64,000 nucleotides of DNA from Hydrolagus colliei (Eukaryota): positions 14,136,001 to 14,200,000 of the forward strand of contig CM068756.1 of the NCBI GenBank assembly GCA_035084275.1, given 5' to 3'. Positions 13,278 to 27,400 of the stretch are shown here, one piece after another; positions within the stretch are counted from its first letter, which is position 1; the number at the start of each line of letters is the position of its first letter. The notes under the pieces are model-generated. The model worked only from the letters and a program-made list of their open reading frames with translations. It did no database searches and was not told where the DNA came from. The translations under genes and the position numbers were made by a program.

Positions 13278-13444
13278 GCTTTGTAATTGCCTACTTTTTG
13301 AGAGTTTTAAACATATATTATGAGTAAATAGAAACATTGAGAAAGATTTACTTTACAAAACTGTATCTCCTTCCGTTCTCTGATACCTGTCCCTCCAGTT
13401 TAAAGAACAGATTAACAGGTACAACTGTTGCAACTCCTCATTTG

Positions 13445-14100
13445 ACAACAACAGCAACAACAGAATTACTCTTGTATAGCGCCTCTCACATCAGGAGGCC
13501 GTCCCAAGGCGCTGGACAGTCACTATTTTAGACCCAAACTGAGGATGGGGTGGGAGGAGGGAACAGGGGGATTAGGAGTTGCCGATGGGTCCATCGAAGA
13601 GGAGAGTCTTGAGGCGAGACTTGAAGGAGGCCAGGGAGGGGACGAGGCGACTGCAGGCTGGAGTTCCAGAGGTTGGGGGCAGAGTGACTGAAGGTTCGCC
13701 CGCCAATGGTGGGCCGGGTGGGTCGGGGGCTGTGGAGCAGGCCAGAGTCTGCTGAGCGGAGGGGGTGGGCAGGTTGGTAAGGGGATAGGAGGTCACTGAT
13801 GTAGGGTGGGGCGAGGGGGGCTTTAAGTGTGAGGACCAGGATCTTGAATTGGATCCTCTGGATGATGGGGAGCCAATGGAGTCGGGCGAGGATGGGGGAT
13901 ATTGGGTCACGGAGTTTGGAACAGTAGAGGACACGGGCCACAGAGTCCTGGATTATCTGCAGCCTGCGGAGGGAGGAATTGGGAAGGCCGACCAGCAGGG
14001 CATTTGCATAATGGAGCCGGGATGTAATGAAAGCGAGGATTGAGGGTTTCAGCGGGTTGGTGATAATGGAAGAGTTGGAAATGTTGTGGAGATGGGAAAA
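13445..14100 (-). mobile_element. L2 LINE 3' fragment
   Basis: ORF 13528-13941 LARLHWLP...FKILVL; (TTG)n-like tail. Confidence 0.85.
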
Positions 14101-14319
14101 GACAATGTAGCATTTGGAAACTGAGAAACACTTATATATTAGTCACACTCATGGCAGAGTTGGAAGCTCTGTATGACCCGAGCCTTTAGCTGAGTTCAAT
14201 GCCCATTTTACTGTTTGAGTAATTTGATCTCACTTCCAATTGTGCAAAGATTGGGAGCAAGAAATCTCATTAGTTTGGAGGTCATTTTCACTATTACTAA
14301 AACTGGAATATAACAGTAC

Positions 14320-14700
14320 TCTGCCCACCCTTGTTTTCAAATCCCTCCACTCCTCTGCACCCCCCTATCTCTCTGATCTCCCCTCTCCCCAAACAAGCAC
14401 CCGCTGCCTTCGCTCCACCAGGTCTGGCCTCCTCCATGACCCCGAATCCTTCGCTCCACCCTCGGCGGCCGTGCCTTCAGCCACTACGCCCCGAGGCTCT
14501 GGAACTCCCTTCCTCACCTCCTTCTCCTCGCCCCCCTCTCTTCCCAGTTTCAGGTCACAGTTGAAGACTTTTCTCTTCGACCTCGCTTTTGGTCACCTTT
14601 CTGCCCCTGCCCCTGGCTCGGTCCCGGGATCCTCTATTGTAAAGCGCTCTGACACACTGTCCGGCGTGGAGGGCAAGTTTTTGTTGTTGTTGTTGTTGCT
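14320..14700 (+). mobile_element. L2 LINE 3' fragment
   Basis: VFKSLHSSAPPYLSDL...FRSQLKTFLF; (TTG)n tail at about 14682-14697. Confidence 0.85.
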
Positions 14701-14980
14701 GTCTGGCTTGGCTCCTCCATTTTCTAAATGATACAGGAAAACCGGGAAAGGTATTTGCTGACATTGAGTGACATTGGGAAACATTATATTCAAATAAAAT
14801 AAAGGTAAAGCTAAAGAAACCAGATCAAAGAAACAAATTGCAATGAACAGAAAATGATCTGTGATATTGATAAGACATTTGACTGCAATGCATTTCATCG
14901 ACTGCTTGGGGGCACTCAAGTGACGTGACCAAATCTTTGTACTTTAGGTTTCTTACATTTATTTCATGCTGAATGTATTG

Positions 14981-15302
14981 ATAATAATCCTTGCATTTGA
15001 TATAACGCTTTTCATAATCACTTTTTATCGACGTCCCAAAGTGCTTCACAGAATATACTGTAAAGTGAATTGACTGTACGTTTGTGGGCGAAACGCGGCA
15101 GCCAATTGCGCACAGCAGCGTCCCACAAACAGTCGTGGATTGATAATGACCAATTTTTATTATTGTGTTGTTTTTGGACGGATTATTATTAGGTGTGAGG
15201 AGCAAGGAAAGTTGCCCAAGGTTTCGACCTGATCTGCCTGGATTCGAACACAGGTCTCATGCTTGTAAGGCAAGTGCTTTAAACACTGAGCTACAGCTCC
15301 AC
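14981..15302 (-). mobile_element. Full-length copy of the same SINE
   Basis: Head, core and tail all present. Confidence 0.85.
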
Positions 15303-16054
15303 ATATACTGCAATCCCAATTTCCAAAAATAAATCAGTGATTATCTGCACTACAGAAAAGCGTAAGCAATAGAAGCAAATTACTACTGGAAACGAGCACA
15401 AAGCATACAAGTGTTGCAGTGATTCCCAGGTGGATCAGATTTCGGAAATCAGATTTCTGCTTGTGGATAGAATGAGGTGTTCAGCAAATTGGACACCACA
15501 TCATGAGAAGCGATGGTAGTACATGTAAATTGCTGTCTCCCAATTTATTCCCGCCTGACCTGCCTTACTTTCGGTGGCTGAGGTTTCAGCTTCTCTGCCC
15601 CCACCCTTGCCTCCTTCGAAGCCTGTCTGAAGTCCCTCCTTTTTGACCGTGCCTTCAGCTTCCCCCACTACCTCTGTAGCTCTCCCTTATCCCAACCCTG
15701 CCACGCTCTCCATGCTTGGGTCCTGATACCTAGCTGTTCAACACCTTTGGACATATTCCTGACGTGACAGGCGATCTAGAAAAGTAATTTTGTTGTTGTT
15801 GTCTCATGCAAAATCTGTGTTTGGGGTGTTGGACAGTGCACACACTCTAATAATAATCCGTCCAAAAAAAAGCAACACAATAATACAATTGGTAATTTCA
15901 ATCCACGACTATTTGTGGGACACCACTGTGTGCAATTGGCTGTCGCGTTTCACCCATAAATATACAGTCAATTCACTTTACAGTATATTCTGTGAAGTGC
16001 TTTGAGACGACTAGAAGACGTGAAAAGTGCTATATCAACTGCAAGGATTATTAT

Positions 16055-16630
16055 GGAAAGAGGTGAAAGGGCAGATATTGCAACTCCTGCACTGGCATGG
16101 GAAGGTGCCGGGGGAAGGAGAGCAACTGTTGATGGTGATGGAGGAAGAAACCAGTGAGTCATGGAGGGAATGATACCTTCAGAATGCTGAGAGGGGAGGG
16201 GAGGGAAAGGTGTATTTGGTGGATGGATCATGCTGGAGTTGTAGGAAATGGTGGAGGATGTTGAGTCTGGTTGGGTGGAAGGTGAGGGACATTACTACAT
16301 TACTCGTGGGAGGGACCTATCCTATTTCTGGGAAGAGGGGGAAGGAGTGCAGGCAGAGGTGAAGGAAACAAAGCAGACAAGATCAAGGGCCCTGCCTTCT
16401 ACAGTGCATGGGAATCCTCGGTCAAGGGAAATGTAAGACATTTCAGATGCCCTGGTGTAAAAGTTTGCATTGTCAGAGCAGATGCGGAGACAGAGGAACT
16501 GGGAAAAGGGAATGAAGGCAGGATGGGAGGAGGTGTAGTCCAGGTAACTGGAAGTTGGTGGGCTTGTGAAAGATTTCCGTAGATAATCTATGCCCCGAGA
16601 TGGAAATGGTGAAGTTCAGGAAGGGAACAG
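16055..16630 (-). mobile_element. Degenerate Penelope-like element RT fragment
   Basis: ORF 16473-16667 VPFLNFTISISGHRLSTEIFHKPT matches the PLE RT C-terminal LPFLD...KPT motif. Confidence 0.65.
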
Positions 16631-17812
16631 AGATGGTAATAATAATAATACTTCGTGAAAATCCCACGTCTCATTAAATGTTGAAGTCACGAGTCACAAC
16701 TGTGTAAGCCTGATTGACTTCATCACCATAGGGATAAAAAAACAATCATTGATTCCACTTATTCCCATTATATATTGACCACTCTGGGGTGTAGATGTCC
16801 AGTTATGCTTGTTGTGATGCTGTTGATGGTGAATTAGCCTGCACACACACACACACGCACACACACACACACACTGTCTATCTCAGCCTTTGCGCATGCT
16901 ATGGAGGGAATAGAGGGCAGCATCCAACAACAGCTACAACAATTTGAATTATACACTGTGCCCCTCATGCAGGGTAGCGTCCTAAGGCACTTAAACATGC
17001 TGGAGGGAGAATATATAATGAAACCACATTTCAAAATTCATCCTGCTCAGATGTGTTTATAATGTCATTAATATTTGTACACTGAACTTTCCACTCACCA
17101 CCCAAACCCCCAATTTACAACTTAGTTGAATGATAAGCATTGTAGCAGAGTATCTGTAAATCAACTAAGTCAATTGAAGGTTTTGTCCAGTAAAATTTAA
17201 TTGTATAGCTTTGGGTTCCTGATTTGAATCCGGTCTAAAATGGGTCACTGCTGTGCACAATTGGCTGCCACATTTCATCCACAAATGTACAGTCAATTCA
17301 CTTGATTCACAGTCAAGTGCAAGGATTATTATTATTATCATGACATTACAGTTCCCCACTAAAGCATGCTACACAGAATGATCTTGACTAATAAGCACAA
17401 AGCATAAAACTGGTTCCAAAGTTAGGACAAATTGTAACGAATTTGGGAGGTATAGTCCACAATAATGAATTGCTGGGATTTGAGAAATCGTACCAGTGGA
17501 TACTGGGCATCCTCCGATAACTATTTTAAATTTGCGACACACTGAATTTTTATACAAAATGTAGTATTTAAACAGTATGGTACTAAAAAAAAAATCAAAC
17601 ATTGACTTTGAATAAAGATTTTTAAAGCAAACCTCCGATAGTGGCATTCTTGGCAGAGGTGAACGTGTTCCTGACCTATGCAAACTATTGGCATTACATT
17701 AAGCAAACATCAGTACATCAGTAAAAAGCAATTACGTCAACATCTAATATCCTTTGTCTCTTCAATCCATGTGGACAGCCGGTGGCTGACTATTTTGCTG
17801 ATTCATCGTTAC

Positions 17813-18056
17813 CTCAGTGTACAGTACATTGTTGTCATTATGTACGATTCGATTTTCTGTAGAACCGGTCAGGTCTAATGTACATCAACTTCTTGATCTG
17901 GAAGGTAATGAGTTAAGCAGTTAGTTTATTGTCTTCACAATTGGGAAATTCAAAATTATGATTGGCAACGTTTTCAAAGTTTAACATAGTTCAGTTATTA
18001 AAAATTGCACTCCATTTATTTTGGAGCCTGTTGACTCAGAAAGTTCTATATCTATC

Positions 18057-18087
<31 letters not shown>

Positions 18088-18908
18088 CCTCTAAATATAC
18101 AGAACTTTTCTCGTTCTTTTTGGAGATTTGTGCTACTGGAATGCTGGAATATATCCAAATAATAGTTTGCTATTGGAAGACTTTCTACTGGTTTCCCAGC
18201 TAGTATAACCCTACCCATGAGGGCTTTTGCGTGTAGGGTTGGAAAAGCTGAGTGGGAAGAATCCTTGCCTCTCTGTCTTGCTGACCAATCAGGTTGGCTG
18301 TTTTGTCATCAGCAGTGCCCCCTGTGGACACTCATATCTCAGGAACTGAACCGCTGAGATTGTTGCAGAGAATTGATTGAATTCCAATGTTCTGATGCCA
18401 AGTATATCATCTTGGAACAGGATCAGCTCCATGGAGAATCCTGCTCTATCCCACTCTCCTCAGATAATAATAATTAGCGTTGCATTTCATATAGAGTCTT
18501 ATCACACCATTAAGATGTCTTAAAGTTCATCATAGGACACTCAGTAAAGTGGATTGACTGTGCATTTCATTGCCAAAAAACAGCCAGTTGTGCAATATAA
18601 TATCCTGCAAATAACCAAGGAGAGAGTAACCAATTTTTTATCTAAATGATTGTTAGCCAGGGCATTTGAGAAACTCCCTTCTCTTCTCAAATAGTGTGGT
18701 GAGATCTTAAAATTCACCTGAACAGGCAGATAGGACCTGTAGACATAATACAAAAGCAACAAATCATAGATTAATTGTAGGATATTTTCAGAAAACAAAC
18801 TTGCAAAGATAGATTGATCACATTATTATGTTACATTTGGCACAGCCACAGAATGATATAAATATACCACATTTTCGCAATATTGAGCTTGACTTTTTCT
18901 CTATTTTC
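17813..18908 (-). pseudogene. Gene 2 degenerate cytoplasmic exons (41-nt exon 18908-18868 with in-frame TAG; 85-nt ITIM-like exon 17897-17813 with frameshift)
   Basis: Phase 1-0 exon reads G-K-stop. The second exon reads KLMY in one frame and LDLTGSTENRIVHNDNNVLYTE in another, paralleling YVTLDL...TVYAQ of gene 3. Confidence 0.45.
18056..18083. repeat. (TA)n microsatellite (other SSRs at about 1509-1528 CA, 3049-3067 GT, 7600-7640 ATA/ATT, 16845-16873 CA)
   Basis: Direct reading. Confidence 0.9.
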
Positions 18909-19711
18909 CTAGAATACACAACACGAACATTTTCACAATAAATCATTGTCTCAGGAAGTAAATGCAACTAAGCCAACACCCACTCAGAATGGCATCTCAC
19001 ATGACTTCTCAGACCGCAATTCCAGGGAATCTCACTCATTCCTTTTAATACTGTATTATAATTTCTTCAAGGCTTTGGAATCAGTGATGGTGGGTACAAT
19101 GCTGAAATTATTTTAGAAATATCCATTCGCTTTCAACTCAAACTGTGATTTTCTTGCATTTCAAGAAATAAAAACCTATTGCACTAATTGGTAGCTGTAA
19201 AAAGTCTAATGGCATCAAAATCTTACTGTTCACACATTGGATACCACAACTTTCTATTCTATTAAACGTCTTTTCTATTCTCTCAAAGGATCTTTTGACA
19301 TTTTCCTTTCCTCTGAATCAAAACGTTGTGGGTTCAACAACAACTTGTATTCACATACATAGTGCCCTGCATGTGGGTAGCAACTTGGAGTGCTTAAAAA
19401 TGGTGTGGTTGAAGCTGTGCTGGAAACAGAGGGGACGTAAATGAAAGGACAGTCAGAGAGGAAACTCTTAAGGTGTGATTTTGCAAAATGGAGTGATTGA
19501 GGCAGAGGTTTGGAGCATAGTGTGTAAAGTATGGCCACCGATAGTGGAACAGAGGGTTCGAGTGACATGTAGGTGACCCCTGCCAGCTGAGTGAAGGCAG
19601 AGCAGTGGGTAAAAATAATAAAATAATAATTTAGTTTTTCACATTATCTAGACGTCCGAAGAGCTTCATGCAATAGATTGTAAAGTGAATTGACTGTGTA
19701 CTTTGTCGGCA

Positions 19712-20900
19712 AAACAACAACAACAACAACTTGGATTTATATAGCGCCCTCCAAGTAGGATGGCGTCTCAGAGCGCTTCCCAATAGCGGATCCCGAGCCA
19801 GGGGAGGGGGAAAAAGGTGACTGAAAGCGCAGTCGCAAAGAAAGGTCTTTAGCAGAGACCTGAAAGTAAGAAGAGAGGGAGCAAGGTGAAGGGAGTGAGG
19901 AAGAGAGTTCCAGAGCCTCGGGGCATATTGGCTGAAGGCATGGCCGCTGATGGTGGAGCAGAGAATTCGGGGGACAAGGAGGAGGCCAGACCCGGTAGAG
20001 TGAAGGCAATGGGTGTGGTTGTGAGGAGAGAGGAGGTCAGAGAGGTATGGTGTGCAGAGGAGTGGAGACATTTGTAAACAAGAGTGAGGATCTTGAAATC
20101 GATCCTCTCCGGGACAGGGAGCCAGTACAGTCTGGCAAGGACTGGGGTAATTGGGGAGTGGAGTTTGGTACGGGTAAGAATGCGGACGGCAGAATTCTGG
20201 ATGACCTGCATTGTATGAATGGTAACGGAGGGGAGACCGGTGAGGAGGGCATTTGAATAGTCCAGCCGAGAGGTAGCAAAGGCATGGACCAGGATTTTGG
20301 CGGCTTTCAGGGTGAGATATTGGTGGAGGGGCGATGCATCGGAGATGGAAGAAAGTGGTGCTGGTGAGGGACGGATGTAGGGGAGGAAGGATAATTAGGG
20401 ATCAAATCTGACCCCTATGTTGCATATGGGTTCAGAAAGTTTCAGATCGGGTATTTGGAGGAGGTGAGAGCCATGGGATTGAAGAAGTTGACGAGAGCCA
20501 AAGATTATGGCTTCCATCTTGTCAACATTGAGCTGAAGGAAATTGGCGCTCATCCAGCTCCTGATGTCTGACAGGCAGGCTGACAGAACATCAGGGGACT
20601 GAGGGTTGCAAAGTGAGGTGGACAAATAGACTTGGGTGTCATCTGCATACATGTGGAATTATTCCCCATTTCTGTGGATGACATCCTCAAGAGGGAGCAT
20701 GTGGATTAGGAAGAGGAGGGGGCCAAGGATGGATCCTTGGGCTACCCCACAGGTAACTGGGAGGAAACATTGTTTGTATAGATGTACCGCTGGCGGTTTG
20801 TGAGGTAGGACTCGAACCAGCAAGTGCGGTCCCACTGAGGTGGATGACGGAGGACAGGCAGTGGAGGAGCATGTTGGGTCAAAAGTGGAGGAGAAGTTAC
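19712..20900 (-). mobile_element. L2 LINE RT/3' fragment
   Basis: ORFs [30 protein letters not shown]; (TTG)n tail. Confidence 0.88.
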
Positions 20901-21305
20901 CAGGCTGCCAATGGAGTCTGTCTAGCAACGGGGAACCAGTAGAGTCTAGCTAGGTCCATCTTGGTGGTTGAACTCATTTTGCCTAGGCTGGACGATTGCA
21001 TTGTTGAAAATACAGTCTTTCGTGTGAAATATTAAATCAAGGTCCCATCTGTCTGTTCAGATGGATGATAAGGATCGCGTGGCACTACTCCAAAAGAGAA
21101 GGAAGTTTCTTCTGCTGTCCAGACCAACAATCACCCAAATATAGTTTGTCATTCACTTTGTGGCTGTTTGTTGGACAATATTGCAGGCAGATGTGATGCC
21201 ACATTTGCCTGCTAAATACACAATAACTACAATAATGATGTGAAGTGATTTAAGACATCACACTGATTTGAAAGGCATGAAATACTAGGATTATCAGTAA
21301 CTTAC

Positions 21306-21419
21306 CTCCACAGTTGTTGAATTGACATTGTTTCCAAATGAAGAAGAGCAGGACAAGAAATGCAAACCCAGCCCCTCCACATCCAAATATCCACAAGGAA
21401 AGGGGAATATCGTTACTGG
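21306..21419 (-). CDS. Gene 2 transmembrane exon, not in the ORF track
   Basis: tgtcttacag| and |gtaagt. 114 nt, the same length as the gene 3/4 TM exons, with SLW..GC...AFLV...KQCQ shared. Confidence 0.85.
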
Positions 21420-24400
21420 CTGTAAGACAGTATAAAACATAAATAATTTTTTAAAAAAACAACAGCACCACGACTTTGGCTGTTTACCTTGAATTTATAA
21501 TTAAAAACAACACAGCGTTGCTGCCAAGATATCTCTTTTTTAATTTTCCACATGTAGAAATCAGATCATGTGCTCTGAACTTCTAGTCTGGGGGAAATGT
21601 TACATTTTAAAGAGAAAATTGTCTTTTTATTGATCAGTTGATCATTCAGCACCTTGGAAAGTCCTCCTGCCATGAAAGGCATTCTCTAGCATTTCATGAA
21701 AGGTGCCATACAAATGTGCAATTTGTTGTTGTTGTTGTTGTCGTCATTCTATTTATCAGTTGAGAATACGGTAAATATTATTGGAGGAGAGGATGGGTGA
21801 GGCATGGGAAGGTGAATGGAGGAGATGGTTTGTGGTGGAGAAGAGGAGCCTGGGGTTATCCTTTGCCTCCAAGATTAACTTGGAGTAGAAAAAAGATTTG
21901 GTGGCTTGAGGGATGAGAGTTGGCTGGTGTACCAGGGGGAATTTACAGGAGTAAGAGAAGGTTCACGATGTGAGGGGGGACAAGGGAGTTGAGGATGGAG
22001 GAGAGGGAGTTGCCAAGAAAAGAGGGCAAAGAGGGTAAGTCAGTTTGTGGGGGCCAGAGTGGCAGGAGTTCAGATGATTCCAGGGCAGCAGAGAGGGAGG
22101 GGAGGGAGAATTTTTCCAGGGGCCATAGGTGATAGCAGAGGATTGAGTAGGGGGAAGGTATATGGAGGTTTTAAGGGAGATAAAGTGGTGGTCTGAAATG
22201 GCTTTATCAGTGATAGTGAAGTCCAAGATGGTAACCTGGGTGACCACCTGGTTAAGGGTGTGGTCATGGATATGTGTGGTGGAGTGAATGTGGATGGAGA
22301 GGTTAAAGGAGGAGGAGGGAGGAGAAATCACCAGTGGTAGAGCAGGAGGGGGTGAAGTGGAGGTTGAAATTGCTTAAAATAAGAAGGTGTTCAGAGCAGA
22401 GGGAGAGGGAAGATACGAGGGTGGAGATGTCCGAGAGGAAGGTGGTGGGGGGCTTGGAGGGATGATAGAGAAGGAGGATTTTGAGGGAGAGACTGGAGGG
22501 GTGGTAGCGAGTAAGGTACTCAAAGGAGAGGAAGCTTCCGGAGGAGAAAGAGGAAAGGCCAAGGTGGGACCGGGAGATGAGAGCCACACCACCACCATGG
22601 TGGTTAGGCCATGGGGTTTGATGAAAGGTGTGGCCGGGTGGTGTGGCCTCAATAAGGGGAAGGTGTCCTCACTGCTGAGGACAGCACAGCCAGCCTGTCT
22701 TATCAGCAGGATCTAAGAGGGCAGACCAGACACTAGGGGCAGAGAGGTATTCCCACTCACCTCCTCTTAGCCCTTTAAGCCAAAGCCCTAAATGGTAGGG
22801 TCATCTTAGCTGGACTAGCAGTGGGAAAGCTAGCCGGATGGCACTATCAACGGCAAATTATGTAATTTTGGCTGGTTAGACTCCAGCATTTACCCTAACG
22901 CACAGTCTGGGGTCTCCAAGCCTTGGCTCTCGCTAACCTGGGCCTAATACTCTTACGGAATTAGGTAAACAGGATCCATCCCTTCAGGGAGAGAGCGCAC
23001 ACATTCCATTTTGGAATGGAATGTGTGCGCTCTCTCCCTGAAGGGTGTGGAAATCCCAGAGATACATTGTTGGCAATGTATCTCTGGGATTTCCACACTC
23101 TCAGGACTCCATTTCTGTAGCTCAGTGGTTAGGGCACTCGCCTCACAAGCGAGAGACCTTGGGTTCGATTCTAGGCAGGGTGAAACTAGGGCAAGTTTTG
23201 TTACTCTCCACTCCTAACAATAATCCCTCAAGGAAAAAACAATAATACATTGGTCACTCAATCCAAGACTGCAACAACAACAAAATGACATTTGTATAGC
23301 GCCTTTCACGTCAGGAGGACGTCCCAAGGCGCGAGACAGATACTACTTCAGATCTGAGGTGAGGACAGGGGGCGGGGAGGGGGGGGGAGAAGTTGCCGAT
23401 GCATCCATCGAAGAGGAGAGTCTTGAGGCGAGACTTGTAAGAGGACAGGGAGGAGGGCGAGGTGGAAGGACTTTGGGATGGAGTTCCAGAGGTTGGGGAC
23501 AGAGTGACTGAAGGCTTGCCCACCAATGGTTGGGCGGGTGGGTTGGGGGACATGGAGCAGACCAGAGCCTGCTAAATGGAGGGGGCGGGCAGGTTGGTAA
23601 GGGAATAGCAGGAAACGGATGTAGGGTGGGGCGAGGTTGTGGAGGGCTTTAGATGTGAGGACCAGGATCTTGAATTGGATCCTGTGAATGATGGGGAGCA
23701 AATGGAGTCAGGTAAGGATGGGGGACATGGGCTCATGGAGTTTGGAATGGTAGAGGACATGGGCTACAGAGTTCTGGATTGTCTGCAGCCTGTGGAGGGA
23801 GAAATTGGGAAGGCCGACCAGCAAGGCATTTGCATAATCGAGCCGGGATGTAATGAAGGCGTGGATGAGGGTTTCAACGGCTTTAGGGGTGAGGTAATGG
23901 TGGAGTCGGGAAATGTTGCGGAGGTGGGGAAAGGCAGAACAAATCATTGCTTGAATGTGATGGAGGAAAGACATTTGAAGGTCGAACAAGACACCTGATC
24001 CCCCATCACCTCGCTTCCCTCCACCCTCCCTATTCCGACCCCAGTGCCTTGGGATGTCCTCCCGACGTGAAGAAATGTAATTTTGTTGTTGTTGTTGAAA
24101 CAATGACTGTCCGGCGCCTTGGCACGTCCTCCCGACATGAAAGTCACTATACAAATAATTTAGGTGGTGTTGTTGCACTGCAAGAGATGATTTTCTTCAG
24201 ATGAGATGTTAAACTGAGTTTCCATCTGCGTGTTTCGGCGGATGTCAATAGTGGCACTATTTGAAAAGAGAAGGTAGTTTCTCTCAATATTCTGGCCATC
24301 TCCCAAGTAAAATTGTTGACTCACTCCATAGTTGTTTATGGGACACTGTTGTCGTGCGCAACTGGCTGTCGATCCTCACCCTTGTCTTCAAATCCTTCCA

Positions 24401-27400
24401 CTCCTCTGCACCCCCCTACCCCTCTGACCTCGTCTCTCCTCAAACCAGCACCCCATTGCCTTCACTCCACCAGGTCTGGCCTCCTCCATGTCCCCGAATC
24501 CTCCGCTCTATCCTCGGTGGCCGTGCCTTCAGCCACTAATTCCCTTCTTCATTCCCTTCGCCTTGCCCCCTCTTTTCCCAGTTTCAGGTCCCAGCTGAAG
24601 ACTTTCTCTTCAACCGCACCTTTGGTCACCTTTGTACCTCTGCACCTGGCTCGGTCCCAGGGTCCGCTATTGTGAAGCGTTCTGAGATGCCGTCCGGCGT
24701 GGCTATATAAATCAAAGTTGTTGTTGTATTTCATCTACAGAAATAGACAATTAATCCACTTGATGGTATATCCTGTCTCCACAGGATATACCATCAAGGT
24801 ATCTCCTGTGGAGATACCACAGGAAGGGAATTAGTGGCTGCTTTGAGGTATCTCAACATGTTATAAGTTGCTAAATCAAATGCAACCATTTATATTATTA
24901 TTCTTAACATTATAAGTATTTTTGAATAGTGACACAAGATCTTTAACATCCACCCAAACAGGCAGATGGAACCTTGGTTTAATGTCTCATCTGAAGGATA
25001 ATAATAATAATCCTTGAATTTGATATAGTGCTTTTTACATCTTATCGATGTCTCAAAGCGCTTCACCGAATATACTGTAATGTGAATTGACTGTATATTT
25101 GTGGGTGAAACGCAGCAGCCAATTGTGCGCAACAGTGTCCCATGAACAGTTGTGGATTGAAAATGACCAATTTTTGTTATTTTTTGTGGGGACGGATTAT
25201 TACTAGGCATGTGGAGTAAGGAAACTTGCCCAGGGTTTTGCCCTGATTTGCCTGGATTCGAACACAAGTCTCACGCTTGTAAGGCGAGTGCTCTAAACAC
25301 TGAGCTACAGGATGGCGCCACTGCTAATGCAATATAACAACAACAACTTGGATTTATATAGCGCCCTCCATGCCGTACGGCATCTCAGAGCACTTCATAA
25401 TAACAGATCCTGTGGCAGAGCCAAAGAGAGGGGAATAAGGTAACCAAAAGTGTGGTAGAAAAAAAAGGTCTTTAGCTGTGACCTGAAAATGGGAAAAGAG
25501 CGGGCAAGGCAAAGGGAGTGAGGAAGGGAATTCCAGAGCCTCAGGGTGTAATGGCTGAAGACAGGGAGCCAGTGAAGTCTGGCAAGGACTGGGGTAATCG
25601 GGGAGTGAAGTTTGGTAAGGGTGAGCATGCGGGCGGCGGACTGTTGGATTTTGTGAGTGGTGGCGGAGGGGAGACTGGCGAGGAGGGCATTTGAATAGTT
25701 CAGCCGAGAGTTAACAAAGGCATGGACCAGTGTTTTGGCAGCTTTTGGGGTGAGATATTGGCGGAGAGGGGTGATGGAAGAAAGCAGTGCTGGTAAGGGA
25801 CCGGATGTGGGGGAGGAAAGAAAATTGGGGCTCGAACCTGACGCCTAAGTTGCGTACGGGTTCAGAGAGTTTTAGGGGAAGGTCGGGTAAGTAGAGGAGG
25901 TGAGAGCCGTGGGATTGAAGATGTCGACGAGAGCCTAAAAGTATGGCTTGCATCTTGTTAACATTGAGCTGAATATATCAATAAATTAGTTCTCCTTGAA
26001 GCTGAATTGACTCCAAGGTGAAATGCCTCACAGTGGAATGGTGCAATGAAGCCAGTGCTCTAATGGTAGTCTCGGTAGTCTGGTTCCTGAGGCAGGTCCT
26101 CAGTATTCCAAGTCACTGCTCACCTAGCATTGCACTGAAGTGAGCTGAGTCTATGAGCCCAAAGATTCAATAGATATCTATGTTTAGAGAAATAAACGAT
26201 CTTACCTTGTTTAGAATCAGAAACAGTGTAAATAGCAATGATTGGAGTTTTGAGGCTCAGGTGAGATACCAGGCAGGTGTAAACAGTCCCTCTGTTGACA
26301 GGCTTTGTTTCTTCCAAGAAGCTTGAAGCTTTAAAATCTCTCCCACCTCTCCCAAGCTGTTTGATTGTATTCACAGCCAAAACATTCTTATCATCTTTAT
26401 ACCAAGTGATAGTGATATCTTCTGGGTAAAACTCATCCGTTTCACAAACTAGAGTCAGAGAGGTGGTTGAGTTCCCGTTAGACACTTTCGAGATTATTTT
26501 AGGATGCATCGGGGTAGCTGTGAAAAAACAGAATAGAGAAGGAACATGCAAACCATATAATTTTGGAAACTGGAGCATTTATTCTCCAAAATATTCCATC
26601 CTTCCAGTGCAGTACAGTGATACAGACTATAATATTTCTGGGAACTGTTGAAATTTTCTTTAGGAATATCTTGAAATTAAATTGCTGATACTAACATTAG
26701 TGGAAATAATTTTACTATGTTGCAGCAATGAATGAAACAACAACTTGCATTTATATAGCGTCCTCCACGCTAGATGGAATCTCAGAGCGCTTCACAATAG
26801 CAGAGCCCGGGTCCGAGCCAGAGGGAGGGGGAAGGTGACCTTAGGCGCACTCGAACAGAAAGGTCTTCAGGCGTGACCTGAGATGGAAAAATGAGGGGCT
26901 GAGGTGAAGGAATTGAGGGAGGGAGTTCCAGAGTTTCGGGACGTAGAGGCTGAAGGCATGGCTGCCGATGGTGGAGCGGAGGATTCGGAGGACGAGGAGG
27001 AGACCAGACCCAGTAGAGCGGAGGCAGCGGGTACTGCTGTGAGGAGAGAGGAAGTTAGAGAGGTAGGGGTGTGCAGAGGAGTGGAGGGATTTAAATACAA
27101 GAGTAAGGATCTTGAAGTCGATCTATTTTGTGACAGGGAGCCAGTGAAATCTGGCGAGTACTGGGGTAATCGGGGAGCGAAGGTTAATTCGGAAACAGCT
27201 GTTAGAGGCATAAGAGCTGTAATACAGCAGTAGTAATGACAAAGGTTGAACTTGTAAATGGGGTTTCACAACTGTTAGTAGATGTATTCTATTACTCGAC
27301 TACATTAGGAAGCTTAATGCACGAATGCTGCGGCTGGGTGGGTAAGGTTGATTAGATGATTAGACATCCTCCCTACGTGAAAGACCCAATATACAATAAA

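Noticed and set aside
23105-23185. tRNA genes (GTAGCTCAGTGGTTAG...GGTTCGATTC heads here and at many other sites)
   Set aside because: They continue into the SINE body and tail and lack a complete acceptor stem; they are SINE heads.
13528-27233. L2-derived ORFs (e.g. 13528, 19631, 19849, 23348, 23708, 26867) as host genes
   Set aside because: They are frameshifted fragments of the L2 RT C-terminus or their antisense frames.
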